From assembly GCA_963771075.1 (NCBI GenBank), contig CAVYSE010000025.1, forward strand, positions 74,904 to 138,903: a stretch of DNA of 64,000 bases. Reading direction: 5' to 3'. The stretch comes from a candidate division FCPU426 bacterium. GTDB taxonomy: Bacteria; Oederibacteriota; Muellerivitia; Muellerivitales; Muellerivitaceae. The notes below the pieces were generated by a model, which was not told the origin of the DNA, searched no databases, and was given only the letters and a program-made list of their open reading frames with translations. The position numbers and the translations under genes are program-made. Shown here one piece after another: positions 42,004 through 52,200 of this stretch. Within the stretch, counting starts at the first letter, position 1; each line of letters opens with the position of its first letter.

Positions 42004-43697
42004 GGGTTGGTTTGGGCCTTGGAAATTTTAACCGGATAATCCTTGTTGTCCGGGTCGAGTTGTGCGGCTTTTTGCCATTGCAAAAGGGCCGAACCTTTGT
42101 CGCCCAGTTTCATGTAAACCTCACCCAGGTGATCATACACCACTGCGTTATCCTTTTGCCCGTCCTTGAGATAGCCCTCGGCTTTTTCCAGTTGAGCCTT
42201 TGCCCCCGGATAATCGGACCGTTTGAAATAAAGCCAACCCAGGCTGTCCAGGTAATAGGCATTATGGGGTTCCAGTTGAACAGCCTTATTCAAAAGGTCC
42301 TTGGCCTCATCCAGGCGAATATTCCGGTCGACGTAGGAATAACCCACGTAGTTGAGTGCTTCGGCATTTTGGGGGTCGATTTTCATGACCTTGTGCATTT
42401 CCTCCATGGCCTCTTCAAACTTCCCTTTCTTATCCAGCAACACCCCCAGGTTAAAATGGGCCTGGATGTTCTGAGGATCGAGCTGGACCACTTTGCGGTA
42501 GTGCTCCTCCGCCGGTACGAGATCATTTTTCTCATGTTCCAGCATGGCCTCAATGAGGATCAGATCGGGGTTGTTGGCGTTGGCTTTCAAGGCATCCTTC
42601 AAGGCTTGGGCGGCCTCCGGGTCCTTTTTTTCCTTCCCCAACAGGAGGATCAACCGAACCCAAGCGTCGGTGGATTTTTCGTCATTCTGTAAAACGGCCC
42701 TAAGTTGTTCCTCGGCAAGGGCGTAATCTCCCTTTTCCTCGAGCGTGGCGGCCAGGTGGAAGCGGACCAGGGCGTTACGGGATTCCTTCGCCAGGAAAGC
42801 CTGGAAGGAATCGATGGCCGCGTCGTATTGCTTAAGCCGGTACTGGCAAATGCCGATGTTGTCCAACGCGGAGGCATCCTCCGGTTTCAACTGGGCATAA
42901 TTTTGAAAAGCCTGCAGGGCTTCCGCGTCCTTTTTCTGACCACCGTAAAGTTCCCCCAGCGCCTGATAGGCTTGGGCGCTCCGGGGGTTGATCTTGACCA
43001 GGGCCTGATAGGTCGCGATGGCCTGGTCGTCGTTTTTTTCCCACTCGTAAATGAGCCCGAGGGAGGCATAGGCCGCCTCCAAGGTCGGGTCGGTGTCGAT
43101 GGCTTTCCGGAAATACTGCTCGGCCTTTACTGCCTGGTTGGCCCTTGTATAGAGTAGGCCCATGTTGTAATAAGCTTCGCCCTGTTTAGGGTCCAGGGTC
43201 AGGAGGTTCTGATAGGCCCCTAAGGCTTCCTCGAATTTGTTTTGGCTGGCCAAAACCCCGGCCAGTTCGTAATGGGCCTTGATATTCGACGGATTCTTCT
43301 GGATCAGTGTCTCGAACTGGTGTTGGGCTTTCGAATATTCGCCCTGAGTCGCCAAAAGTTCGGCCATTTGCTGGCGGGTCTCGACATCCTCGGGATTGAG
43401 CTCAAGGGATTTTTGCAATTCCTCCACGCTCTTGTTCTCTAGCCCCTCCATGTAATAGTTATAGGCCAGGTGCTTGTGGATGGAGGTGGATTGCGGATCA
43501 TAGCGGGCCGCCTGCTCGAACTCCACCAGGGATTGCTCGGGCCGGTTCATGCGGAGCGAATAAAGGGCGATGGCGTAATGCCAGTAAGCCCGGGCCTGAG
43601 TGTCGACGGAGCCTTCCGACATCAGGTCGGCGAAACTCGCGGCTGGACAAAGTAAAAGAACGACACTGACGATCAAATTAAATTTTTGCGGTTTCAT
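42000..43697 (-). CDS. Exported TPR protein
   Basis: Signal peptide, many TPRs, ALNYVGY...YLDSLGW..HLGEV C-terminus typical of ispE-linked TPR proteins. Confidence 0.9.
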   Translation of the reverse strand: MKPQKFNLIVSVVLLLCPAASFADLMSEGSVDTQARAYWHYAIALYSLRMNRPEQSLVEFEQAARYDPQSTSIHKHLAYNYYMEGLENKSVEELQKSLELNPEDVETRQQMAELLATQGEYSKAQHQFETLIQKNPSNIKAHYELAGVLASQNKFEEALGAYQNLLTLDPKQGEAYYNMGLLYTRANQAVKAEQYFRKAIDTDPTLEAAYASLGLIYEWEKNDDQAIATYQALVKINPRSAQAYQALGELYGGQKKDAEALQAFQNYAQLKPEDASALDNIGICQYRLKQYDAAIDSFQAFLAKESRNALVRFHLAATLEEKGDYALAEEQLRAVLQNDEKSTDAWVRLILLLGKEKKDPEAAQALKDALKANANNPDLILIEAMLEHEKNDLVPAEEHYRKVVQLDPQNIQAHFNLGVLLDKKGKFEEAMEEMHKVMKIDPQNAEALNYVGYSYVDRNIRLDEAKDLLNKAVQLEPHNAYYLDSLGWLYFKRSDYPGAKAQLEKAEGYLKDGQKDNAVVYDHLGEVYMKLGDKGSALLQWQKAAQLDPDNKDYPVKISKAQTNP

Positions 43698-43712
43698 GGT
43701 TATTCCGGGTAT

Positions 43713-44165
43713 TTAGACTTGCTTGATGGATTCGTTGGCTTTACGCAAACGCTCGTTGGCTATTTTCAGGAAGCACATCAACACTTTCAAGGCGATTTCC
43801 GGATGTTTTTCCATCATGGTGTTGAAGGCCTTCTTGGTCATGACCAGGAGTACCGATTCTTCCCCGACCCGGGCCGTTGCGGTGCGGGGCCGGTTGTCAA
43901 TCAGCGACATCTCCCCCAAAAATTCTCCGTCTTTCAGGGTCGCCAGGACCGCCTCCTGATTGGGACCCACTTTTTTTAAAATCTGGACCGACCCTTTCTT
44001 GACAACGTAAAGAATTTCCCCGGTCATGCCCTCGACAAAAAGGGTGGAATTTTTAGAGTATGCTTTCTCAAAGAAAAGGGTGATGACCGTCCCCAATTCT
44101 TGGGGAGAAAAGTCGCGAAAAAGAGGGATGTCCTTTAGCGACTCTAAGTCGATGGGGGTTGGCAT
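43713..44165 (-). CDS. Cyclic nucleotide-binding domain protein
   Basis: GEFLGEMSLID..PRTATA. Confidence 0.9.
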   Translation of the reverse strand: MPTPIDLESLKDIPLFRDFSPQELGTVITLFFEKAYSKNSTLFVEGMTGEILYVVKKGSVQILKKVGPNQEAVLATLKDGEFLGEMSLIDNRPRTATARVGEESVLLVMTKKAFNTMMEKHPEIALKVLMCFLKIANERLRKANESIKQV

Positions 44166-44263
44166 AGTACCTCACGGATCAGGATAAGGAATAGGGGCGC
44201 GGCACCTTCACTTGAATGGTCGGCATTATACCATTCGTTGGAAATTCTTTCGGTCCGCGTGGG

Positions 44264-45559
44264 TTAAAATTGAGCCGCGGCTAAGCCCTGTTTCAGGGCG
44301 CTTTCCATACTGCCGTATTCCCACATGCCGTAACGACCTACCGAATGGACTGCCCTTTTACCGTAAAAGGCCAAAAGATCCCCCGCGATTTCCTCGCGAT
44401 TCGAATCATAGAGGACATAGGCCCCCGGTAAGTCCAGATCCACCCGGGTCAAAATATCCTTTTCCGATCGAATCCACCCCAACCCAATCAACTTGGAAAG
44501 AGCGTGCCGGTAAAGGGTGTCCGGGGTAGCCCGAGTGCTCCGGTAGGAAAATTCAATATAGAGGGAATAGGCGTCCTTCGGGGCCACGGTAGGTACACAG
44601 GCGCTGACAGACCCGGCCCGGTGGAAGCGGTATTCGGGTTCGGGAAAATAAACCCAACTGTAGGGCATAGGTTGTCGGCCTTTCACCCCCAGGTTGATGT
44701 TGTATATGGAAACCGACCGTAGGGAGGATGCCGCCCGACGCAGGGATGAGGGAAGGTCCACCGTCAAAGCCGCGAGGGCCTTTAGGGGAAGGCTGCTGAC
44801 CAACCGGTCATAACCAACCTCCAACCCAGAGGTTAATAGAGCCTTTCGATTTTTAAGGGAGAGGGCCCGGAGCCCCACTCCTCTCCATACTTGTGTCAAC
44901 CCGGCCGCGAGCGTCCGGGGCAAGACCGAGATTCCCCCCCGGTCGGGATAAAGGAAAGCGGCGTTGTAACCGGAGGCGGAGATTCGGCGGCTCAAGGCCC
45001 CCTCCAATACCTGCCGGACCTTCGGGGATGGAACGAACCTTCCCATCCAATGGGTCGTCAGTCGATCCAATGGGATTTTCCAGAGTTTGGAGTTGTAAGG
45101 AAACATGAAATGGCGGGAGATGCCGGGCCCGAAATTCCGCAGACACCATTCGCGAAAATGAGGGGCTGGGGCAGCGGAGGGTTGAAACCGCTCGCGCAAA
45201 ACGGCCTCCAGGTAACCCAACAGGTTCTCCCGAACGATCGAGGAAGGCAATCCGGCGTTATTTTCCTGGTAAGGATACTCGGTAAAGATCCCCTGGCTGA
45301 GGATCGCGGAATGCCGTTGCCGGGTCTTGAAGATATTTCCGGTGATGGACCGCACCCACTTTTCCAATTTCGGATCCCGGAAATGAAGAAAATGGCCCGT
45401 ATAGTCGAAAGTGAATCCTTTAGACTCTATTGTCCGGCATAAACCGCCTATTTCTTTTTCTTTCTCCACTAGCAAGCAGGGCCGCTTGGATCGGGTCAAG
45501 GCCCATGCGCATGAAAGACCGGCCAATCCTCCTCCCGCCACCAGGGTCTCGATCTTCAT
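44264..45559 (-). CDS. FAD-dependent oxidoreductase (protoporphyrinogen oxidase/UDP-galactopyranose mutase-like)
   Basis: GGGLAGLS, GGLCRT, FDYTGHFLH, PYNSKLW, GRYGMWEY. Confidence 0.8.
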   Translation of the reverse strand: MKIETLVAGGGLAGLSCAWALTRSKRPCLLVEKEKEIGGLCRTIESKGFTFDYTGHFLHFRDPKLEKWVRSITGNIFKTRQRHSAILSQGIFTEYPYQENNAGLPSSIVRENLLGYLEAVLRERFQPSAAPAPHFREWCLRNFGPGISRHFMFPYNSKLWKIPLDRLTTHWMGRFVPSPKVRQVLEGALSRRISASGYNAAFLYPDRGGISVLPRTLAAGLTQVWRGVGLRALSLKNRKALLTSGLEVGYDRLVSSLPLKALAALTVDLPSSLRRAASSLRSVSIYNINLGVKGRQPMPYSWVYFPEPEYRFHRAGSVSACVPTVAPKDAYSLYIEFSYRSTRATPDTLYRHALSKLIGLGWIRSEKDILTRVDLDLPGAYVLYDSNREEIAGDLLAFYGKRAVHSVGRYGMWEYGSMESALKQGLAAAQF

Positions 45560-46722
45560 TTTTTTTCTTTCCGGCGATTGGGATTCTTTTTCGGAATTCG
45601 CGACCGCGGCGGGGTCAAGGGCTCGCTTGGGTCTCCTCTTCGCTGGGTTTTCCGAAGAGGTGCTTTCCCGCCCTGGAAAGGGTCTCCCATGGGCACGCTG
45701 GCGATAATGAGGGTAAAGATCATCCCCAATATGGATAGGGCAAGGAGAAAGGCGAAAGCTCTTTTTTCCGAATTACGAACCATCCATCCGGATCCCAGGA
45801 CGAGACATGCGGATATGCTCCAAAGGAACAGGACCGTTTGGCGGACGGTCATGCCCAATTGCCGGAGGCGCAGGGCCAAATGATCATTTGAACCACGAAA
45901 CATCGACCTTCCATTCAAGGTTCTTAATACCATGACGAGGACCGTGTCATAAAGGGGAATGCCTAGAATTAAAACCGGCGAGCAAAGCGCCAACACGTTC
46001 ACCTGGCTATATCCATGTCCCATGGCAAGTCCCGCGAGGGTATACCCGATGAAAAGCGCACCCGAATCACCCATATAAATTCGGGCAGGTTGAAAGTTGT
46101 AAGGGAGGAAACCCAATAAGCTTCCTCCCAGAGCGGCCGCCGTAAGGGGAACATAACTTTGACTACCCAGGAAAGGAACCAGAACGAACCCAACGCAGGC
46201 AATGGAGGTGACCCCGCCGGCGAGTCCATCCATAATATCGATTAGGTTAACGGCGTTGGTCACCCCTACTACCCATAAAAGGGTCAAACCAATCGCAATA
46301 AAGGGATGAGCGGGTAAAAACTCAAGCTGAACCCCAAAAGCCACCAACAATCCAGCGGCCAGGAATTGAAATATAAATTTGACCCAGGGGGATAGGGAGA
46401 AAAGATCATCCACGAACCCCAACAGGGCCATGACCGTGGCCCCGGAAAGGATAGCCAGGACCCTCGCCCCTTCCACGGGCGGGGCGAGCACCAGAAGACC
46501 CAAAATGGTCATGAGAAAGGAAAAGTAAATGGCCAAGCCCCCCATATAAGGCACAGGGGCAGTATGTTTTTTCAGTTGGCCTGTTGGACTGTCTAAAAAT
46601 TGGGATTTAAGTGCGATTTTTCGAAAAAGGGGGGTTAACCCGAAGGAAAGACTGAAAGAAATTAGTGCGATCACAACAGGAGCGTTCAGGGGTATCCTCC
46701 CAAGGGAGTCGTGGAAAGGCAC
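45556..46722 (-). CDS. wecA: WecA/TagO-like undecaprenyl-phosphate GlcNAc-1-P transferase (MraY family)
   Basis: P.MGGLAI, GFVDD, NAVNLIDIMDGL, YNFQPARIYMGDSG; start uncertain. Confidence 0.88.
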   Translation of the reverse strand: MPFHDSLGRIPLNAPVVIALISFSLSFGLTPLFRKIALKSQFLDSPTGQLKKHTAPVPYMGGLAIYFSFLMTILGLLVLAPPVEGARVLAILSGATVMALLGFVDDLFSLSPWVKFIFQFLAAGLLVAFGVQLEFLPAHPFIAIGLTLLWVVGVTNAVNLIDIMDGLAGGVTSIACVGFVLVPFLGSQSYVPLTAAALGGSLLGFLPYNFQPARIYMGDSGALFIGYTLAGLAMGHGYSQVNVLALCSPVLILGIPLYDTVLVMVLRTLNGRSMFRGSNDHLALRLRQLGMTVRQTVLFLWSISACLVLGSGWMVRNSEKRAFAFLLALSILGMIFTLIIASVPMGDPFQGGKAPLRKTQRRGDPSEPLTPPRSRIPKKNPNRRKEKK

Positions 46723-46751
46723 TATAACAAGGGGAAAAGCCTAGTTCCCGA

Positions 46752-46787
46752 ATAAAAAAAGCCCCAGATGGGTCAATCCGGGGCTTT
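46752..46787 (-). terminator. Intrinsic terminator
   Basis: AAAGCCCCGGAT-TGACCC-ATCTGGGGC-TTTTTTT. Confidence 0.85.
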
Positions 46788-46842
46788 CTAGGAGGTGAGT
46801 TTTATTGATTCGTTTATTGACCAACTGTTTCCAGCCGATCGA
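46752..46842 (-). ncRNA. Candidate sigma54-dependent small RNA with anti-SD motif
   Basis: Lies between a -24/-12 promoter and an intrinsic terminator; no same-strand ORF; contains CUCACCUCCU. Confidence 0.6.
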
Positions 46843-46852
46843 TCTATTAATA

Positions 46853-46868
46853 TGCAATCGATATGCCA
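46853..46868 (-). promoter_or_regulatory. Sigma54 (-24/-12) promoter
   Basis: TGGCATATCGATTGCA (GG-N10-GC) directly downstream of a sigma54 activator gene. Confidence 0.8.
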
Positions 46869-46939
46869 AACTTAGTCTTCAAAAAACCATTGAAATATAT
46901 AATATTTTTCAATGCTCCTGAACCTATTATTCTAAAATG

Positions 46940-46985
46940 TGTATTAATAACTTACACTTAATTTTAAATGTTTTATTATTTTACA
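46940..46985. promoter_or_regulatory. Tandem putative upstream activator sequences
   Basis: TGTATTAATAACTTACA (46940-46956) and TGTTTTATTATTTTACA (46969-46985), both TGT-N11-ACA. Confidence 0.6.
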
Positions 46986-48877
46986 CTTTTCCTTTTTCCC
47001 GATCCGAGCTCAATCCATAACGTTTCAATTTAAGGTACAAGGTGGGACGACTTATTCCCAGTCGATCGGCCGCGCGACGCTTGTTAAATTGGGTTTCTTT
47101 TAAAACTCGTTCGATCATGGTCCGTTCCATTCTTTCCAAAACCCCTGTTTCGGGTACTCCTAAGGTTAAACCCTCCATCCGGGGCACCCCTCCTGTTATT
47201 TCGAGAGGGAGATGCTCGGGCCGGACCATCACGTCGTCATTGAGGGTAACCACCCTTTCAATTAAATTTTCCAATTCACGGACATTCCCCGGCCAACGGT
47301 ATCTCTTTAATATTTCGATAACACCCTGGGAGAGACCCTCAAAACGGTGGTGCCGCTTTTGCCGTTGTTTTTCAAGAAAATGCCGGGCCAAAAGCACCAC
47401 ATCGCCTTCCCTTTCGCGCAAGGGAGGCATCTCAATGGCGATCACGTTGAGTCGATAAAAGAGATCCTCCCGGAAACGGCCGTCCCGGATCGCCTGTTTC
47501 AAGTCCCGGTTCGTGGCTGCGATAACACGGATATCCACCCGGACGCTTTCCGTTCCACCGACTCTCTCAAATTCTCTTTCTTGAAGCACTCTCAAGAGTT
47601 TCACTTGAGTGGAAAGATTTAATTCACCAATTTCATCGAGAAATACCGTTCCCCCTTGGGCGGCCTCAAACTTCCCCATTTTGCGATCGAGAGCCCCGGT
47701 GAAAGACCCCTTCTCATGTCCAAATAATTCGCTTTCCAGAAGCGATTCGCTCAAAACCGAGCAAGAAATGGGAATAAAAGCTTTATCGTGTCGGGAGGAT
47801 TGTTGATGTATGGCTCGGGCCGCGACTTCCTTTCCGGTTCCATTTTCTCCCAAAATGAGAACGGTCGCATCCGCGGCAGCAGCCCGTTTGATTAAACCTT
47901 CCGCCTTCTTCAAGGCTTGGCTCGATCCTACCATCCCCTGATCCTCTGGAACCAGGTTTTTCGAAGCCGTGACCGCCGTGGAAACCATCGATTTGGTCAA
48001 GGCATAGAGGATGGACGCGCCATGATTTGAATCCCGGACAAATTCCTCAAAATCCCTTCGCATGCGGTCCGACTGCCCCTCCTGCCGGTAAAGCTGGCCC
48101 AGATTGTAAGCCGCATTGGCGTGAGAAGGGTCGAGTTGTAAAACCGCCTTAAATTCCCCAACCGCTTTTTCTATCTCTCCTTTTCTATAGTAAGCCACTC
48201 CCAAATCATTTCGTAAATTCAACTGTTCCACGCCATCCGGGATGAGTTTTAACCCGCGTTTATAGACCATCATGGCTTCATCGTATCTTTCCAAGGCCAA
48301 CAGGCAATCCCCCAAACTTCCAAGGCGCGAGAATATTTTTCGGCCATTCCACGGTCACCAACCGATATTGTTCCAAGGCCTTTTCCAATTCCCCTCTTTC
48401 CTTGAAAAGTCCGCCTAAATTCAAACGGCATTGTAGGGTGAGGGTTGGAGCGCTATGAAAAAGTCCAAGATAATAGGCTCCTGGCGTCAGTGGATGGATC
48501 AGGTGCAAGGTCTCCAAAAATGAGTACATGGCGTCATGTACACGGCCCCTCTGAAGATGGATCAGGCCAACGTTGAATTGGGTATCCAACAGATTCGGCT
48601 GGACTTGAAGGGCCTGGCGGTAGATTTCAAGGGCTTGATCATGATCCTGCAAGTGGAAAGCCGCGTGTCCAACATCCCGGAGGGCGAATGGATCCTCGGG
48701 TTTGCGTTTCGCGACAGCCTTGAAAAGTTTCAAAGCTTTGGCATATTCCCCTTGCTCAAAAGCTTCTATCCCCTCTAGCGTCGCTTTGCCCGCGGGTTCC
48801 TGGGGAAGACCGCAAACGGGGCAAAATCGATGGTCCTCTTCCTGGGAATATCCGCATTCACGGCAGGTCATACTCAT
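46981..48877 (-). CDS. Zn-ribbon/TPR sigma54-dependent Fis-family activator (frameshift near 48325)
   Basis: CRECG...FCPVCG, TPRs, [37 protein letters not shown], Fis HTH; removing one base joins the two ORFs ([12 protein letters not shown]). Confidence 0.88.
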
Positions 48878-49314
48878 GATGGATTATTCCCGTTTAAGGT
48901 TGTACGTTTGGCTTCAGGAGAGGCGGCCTGGATCGATATTTTCTTAATTTTGTTTCGCGCCGATCCCTTCCCAATAGGATTTGACGCAGAAACATCCGTT
49001 AAGAGCTTTTTGATCTGAAGTTCCGCCAATTTAGAGGCTTGGGGAAGGTCTGCGAATTCCTTTTCGAGTTTTCGGTACCAGGTAACCGCACCCTGGATAT
49101 CACCGGCCTTTTCCCTTTTATATCCCTTGCGAAATTCTTTTTCAAATTCGATCAAGCGCTGTTGGTCCGCGGCGGATAATAAGTGAGTGGTGTAAAGGAA
49201 CCCGGAAGCGGTGAGAGCCGCCATCGTCATTAAGTAAATGAAATAGGGTGGAAATGCCAAAACCCCGAGAAGATTGACGATGGTCAAGCCACCCCAATCG
49301 ACGTTTTTGAGCAT
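48874..49314 (-). CDS. Membrane protein with short TPR-like helical C-terminus
   Basis: Two N-terminal TM segments; 4-nt overlap with the activator gene. Confidence 0.65.
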   Translation of the reverse strand: MLKNVDWGGLTIVNLLGVLAFPPYFIYLMTMAALTASGFLYTTHLLSAADQQRLIEFEKEFRKGYKREKAGDIQGAVTWYRKLEKEFADLPQASKLAELQIKKLLTDVSASNPIGKGSARNKIKKISIQAASPEAKRTTLNGNNPS

Positions 49315-49423
49315 GGTTTTCTTCAAAACAGATCCTCGGCACACGTGGGAACAAAGCGTAAAATTATTTTACACCTTTCCCCTATTTGAAACCCAATCTA
49401 TTCCTTGAAATGGGGTTGGGATC

Positions 49424-49463
49424 AAAAAAAAGCCCCGTTTCCTTATAGGGAAACGGGGCTTTT
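49424..49463 (-). terminator. pnp terminator
   Basis: AAAAGCCCCGTTTCC...GGAAACGGGGCTTTTTTTT. Confidence 0.85.
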
Positions 49464-49472
49464 AACGAAACT

Positions 49473-51584
49473 TTATTTTTTACGGTAATCCTCGATATTA
49501 AGATCCAAGGCATCCTTGCGGGAAAACTTAATTTTCTTCGTCTTAGGATCGATGCCGATGCACTTCACCAGCAGCTCGTCCCCTTCCTTGAGGATGTCTT
49601 CCACCTTCTCCACCCGGCTCTTGGCCAGCTGGGAGATGTGGACCAGCCCGTCGGTGCCGGGCAGGATCTCGACGAAAGCCCCGAAATCCATGATCTTCTT
49701 GACGGTTCCGAAGTATATCTTTCCCTCCTCGGCTTCCGCCATGAGCCCGTCGATGAAGGCCTTGGCCTTCTCGATGGCCGCCCCGTTGGGGGAGGCGATG
49801 TGGACCGAGCCGTCGTCCTCGACATTAACTTCCACCTGGAAGTCTTCCTGGATCTTTTTGATGGTGGCCCCGCCCTTGCCGATGATGTCCCGGATCTTGT
49901 CGGTCGGCACCTTGATGGTGACGATCCTCGGGGCGTAGGGCGACAGGGTCTTGTTGGGGGAAGCCAGGGTCTTGTCCATGATGTCCAGGATGGTCAAACG
50001 GCCCTGCTTGGCCTGGGCCAGGCCCTTCTCGATGACCTCGAAGGGAAGGCCGGTGATCTTGATGTCCATCTGGATGGCCGTGATGCCCTTGCGGGTTCCC
50101 GCCACCTTGAAGTCCATGTCACCGAAATGGTCTTCCAACCCCTGGATATCGGTGAGGATGGCGACCTTGGACATGTCGGGGCTGGAGACCAGCCCCAAGG
50201 CCACGCCTGCGCAGGCGCTCTTCAAGGGCACGCCCGCGTCCATCAGCGACAAGGAGCCGCCGCAGACCGAGGCCATGGAGGAGGAGCCGTTCGATTCCAG
50301 GATGTCGGAGGACACCTGGATGGTGTAGGGGAAATCGTCGAGGGAGGGGAGCAGGGGCTCCAGCGCCCTTTCAGCCAGGTTGCCATGCCCGATCTCGCGC
50401 CGTCCGGGGCCAGACAACCTCTTGATCTCGCCCACCGAGTAGGGGGGGAAATTGTAATGGAGCATGAAGCGCTTCTTCTGCTCGCCCTCCAGCTCTTCCA
50501 AAATCTGCTGGTCTTCCTTCGTGCCCAGGGTGGTCACCACCAGGGCCTGGGTCTGGCCGCGGGTGAAAAGCGAGGACCCGTGCGTGCGGGGCAGGATCTT
50601 CACTTCCGCCGTGATGGGGCGGAACTCGTCGAACTTGCGCCCGTCCTGGCGCTCGTGGCGGTCCAGGATGGCCTCGCGAACCAGGTCGGACTCGATGCCG
50701 TGGATCAGCCCCAGGATTTCCTTGTCGAGCCCGGGGAACTTTTCCTTCAGGGCCTCGACCGTTTCCTGGCCGACGTGGTGGATGCCGTCCTGGCGCTTGA
50801 GCTTGTCCTTCTCGGCCATGGCGGTTTTCATCTTGGAAAGGGCGAAGGTTTTGACGGCGGCCGAGAGGTCCTCGGCGGGCTTCACCAGGATGAGGACACG
50901 CTTGGGCTTGCCGGCCTTCTTCACCAGCTCTTCCTGGATGTCGATGATCTTCTGGCAGGCCTGGTGGGCCAGCTTGATGGCCTCGAACAAAACGGACTCG
51001 GACTCCTCGTCCGCCCCGCCCTCGACCATGACCACGGCCTTGCGGCTGGCGGCCACGACCAGGTCCAGGGTGCTTTCTTCCATTTGCTTGAAGGTGGGGT
51101 TCACCACCAGGTCGCCCTTGACGCGGCCGACGCGCACGCAGCCGAACATGTCGGAGGTGGGGATGTCGGACACGGCCAGGGCCGCCGAGGCGGCGGAGAC
51201 GGCCAGGACATCCGAGTCGTTTTCCTGGTCGGAGGAGATGACTGTGGCGTGCAGCTGGACCTCATTGAAGAAACCGTCGGGGAAGAGGGGACGGATGGGG
51301 CGGTCGATGAGGCGGGAGGTGAGAGTTTCCTTGGTGCGGGGACGGCCCTCGCGCTTGAACCAGCCTCCGGGGATGCGGCCCGCGGAGGAGGACTTCTCGC
51401 GGTATTCCACCGTCAAGGGAAAGAAATCCTTGCCCGGCATGGGCTCCTTCGCTCCGACTACGGCCACCAGCACGACCGTCTCGCCGAACTGGGCGAGAAT
51501 GGCCCCGTCGGCCTGCTTGGCCATGCGGCCCGTCTCAAAAGATAAAGTCGATTGTCCCAAAGCGCAGCTAACGCGTTCCATCAA
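49473..51584 (-). CDS. pnp: Polyribonucleotide nucleotidyltransferase
   Basis: [45 protein letters not shown] and S1 domains. Confidence 0.99.
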   Translation of the reverse strand: MMERVSCALGQSTLSFETGRMAKQADGAILAQFGETVVLVAVVGAKEPMPGKDFFPLTVEYREKSSSAGRIPGGWFKREGRPRTKETLTSRLIDRPIRPLFPDGFFNEVQLHATVISSDQENDSDVLAVSAASAALAVSDIPTSDMFGCVRVGRVKGDLVVNPTFKQMEESTLDLVVAASRKAVVMVEGGADEESESVLFEAIKLAHQACQKIIDIQEELVKKAGKPKRVLILVKPAEDLSAAVKTFALSKMKTAMAEKDKLKRQDGIHHVGQETVEALKEKFPGLDKEILGLIHGIESDLVREAILDRHERQDGRKFDEFRPITAEVKILPRTHGSSLFTRGQTQALVVTTLGTKEDQQILEELEGEQKKRFMLHYNFPPYSVGEIKRLSGPGRREIGHGNLAERALEPLLPSLDDFPYTIQVSSDILESNGSSSMASVCGGSLSLMDAGVPLKSACAGVALGLVSSPDMSKVAILTDIQGLEDHFGDMDFKVAGTRKGITAIQMDIKITGLPFEVIEKGLAQAKQGRLTILDIMDKTLASPNKTLSPYAPRIVTIKVPTDKIRDIIGKGGATIKKIQEDFQVEVNVEDDGSVHIASPNGAAIEKAKAFIDGLMAEAEEGKIYFGTVKKIMDFGAFVEILPGTDGLVHISQLAKSRVEKVEDILKEGDELLVKCIGIDPKTKKIKFSRKDALDLNIEDYRKK

Positions 51585-51618
51585 TGTTCCTCCTGGATTG
51601 TTTTAGGCGAAAGTGTGG

Positions 51619-51885
51619 TTATTTGCGGAGACCCAAACGATCAAGGAGCGCGGCATAACGCTTCACATCGTTCTTTTTCAGGTAGTCCAGAAGGCGGCGC
51701 CGGTGCCCGACCAACTTGAGCAATCCACGACGGGACGCGTGGTCCTTGGGGTGGGATTTGAAGTGTTCGGTAAGATACTTAATCCGCTCGGTAACGAGGG
51801 CGATTTGAACTTCAGGGGAACCGGTGTCACCCTCCTTCTGTTTAAAGTCCTGAACCAGTTGGGTCTTCTTTTCTTTCGTCATCAT
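51619..51885 (-). CDS. rpsO: 30S ribosomal protein S15
   Basis: [19 protein letters not shown]. Confidence 0.99.
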   Translation of the reverse strand: MMTKEKKTQLVQDFKQKEGDTGSPEVQIALVTERIKYLTEHFKSHPKDHASRRGLLKLVGHRRRLLDYLKKNDVKRYAALLDRLGLRK

Positions 51886-51889
51886 GGTG

Positions 51890-52020
51890 AGGCTCCTCAA
51901 AGTAAAATTTTCAGGTCGGCTCCCCGTTCACCAAGCGTTCGTCAGAGAGGACGAAAGCCGAGGGAAGGATCGAAGCCTTTTCCTGTTCCGACCCTGGAAA
52001 AGTCGGGACGAACAGGGGGC
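51890..52020 (-). promoter_or_regulatory. Putative structured rpsO leader
   Basis: Minus-strand helices CCTGTTC/GAACAGG, TCGGCT/AGCCGA and TTCGTC/GACGAA upstream of the rpsO RBS. Confidence 0.5.
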
Positions 52021-52200
52021 TCATTCTAGGTGCTTTCCAAAAGGGTGTAAAGAAGCATCCAGGAAAACCAGAAACGGAAAAGCGCAAGAAATAAGGGAAA
52101 TTTGAACTTGAAGGTTCTCCACTCGATGGAGTGCCATGTTCGAAGCCGTTTCGGGAACAATAGAAAAATGGCAAATTGGCTTGTCGGGGCGAGGAATCCG

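Noticed and set aside
46805..46921. 38-aa plus-strand ORF (TTG start) after AGGAGG
   Set aside because: It runs antisense through the sigma54 promoter and has no recognisable features. The SD is better explained as the complement of the sRNA anti-SD, though the ORF is not formally excluded.
49638..51545. 635-aa plus-strand ORF, and similar long ORFs opposite atpA, atpD, infB and nusA
   Set aside because: Antisense shadows caused by high GC3 codon bias in conserved genes.
51920..51960. Hammerhead-like CTGACGA upstream of rpsO
   Set aside because: No correctly placed GAAA or stem III; better explained as a leader hairpin.
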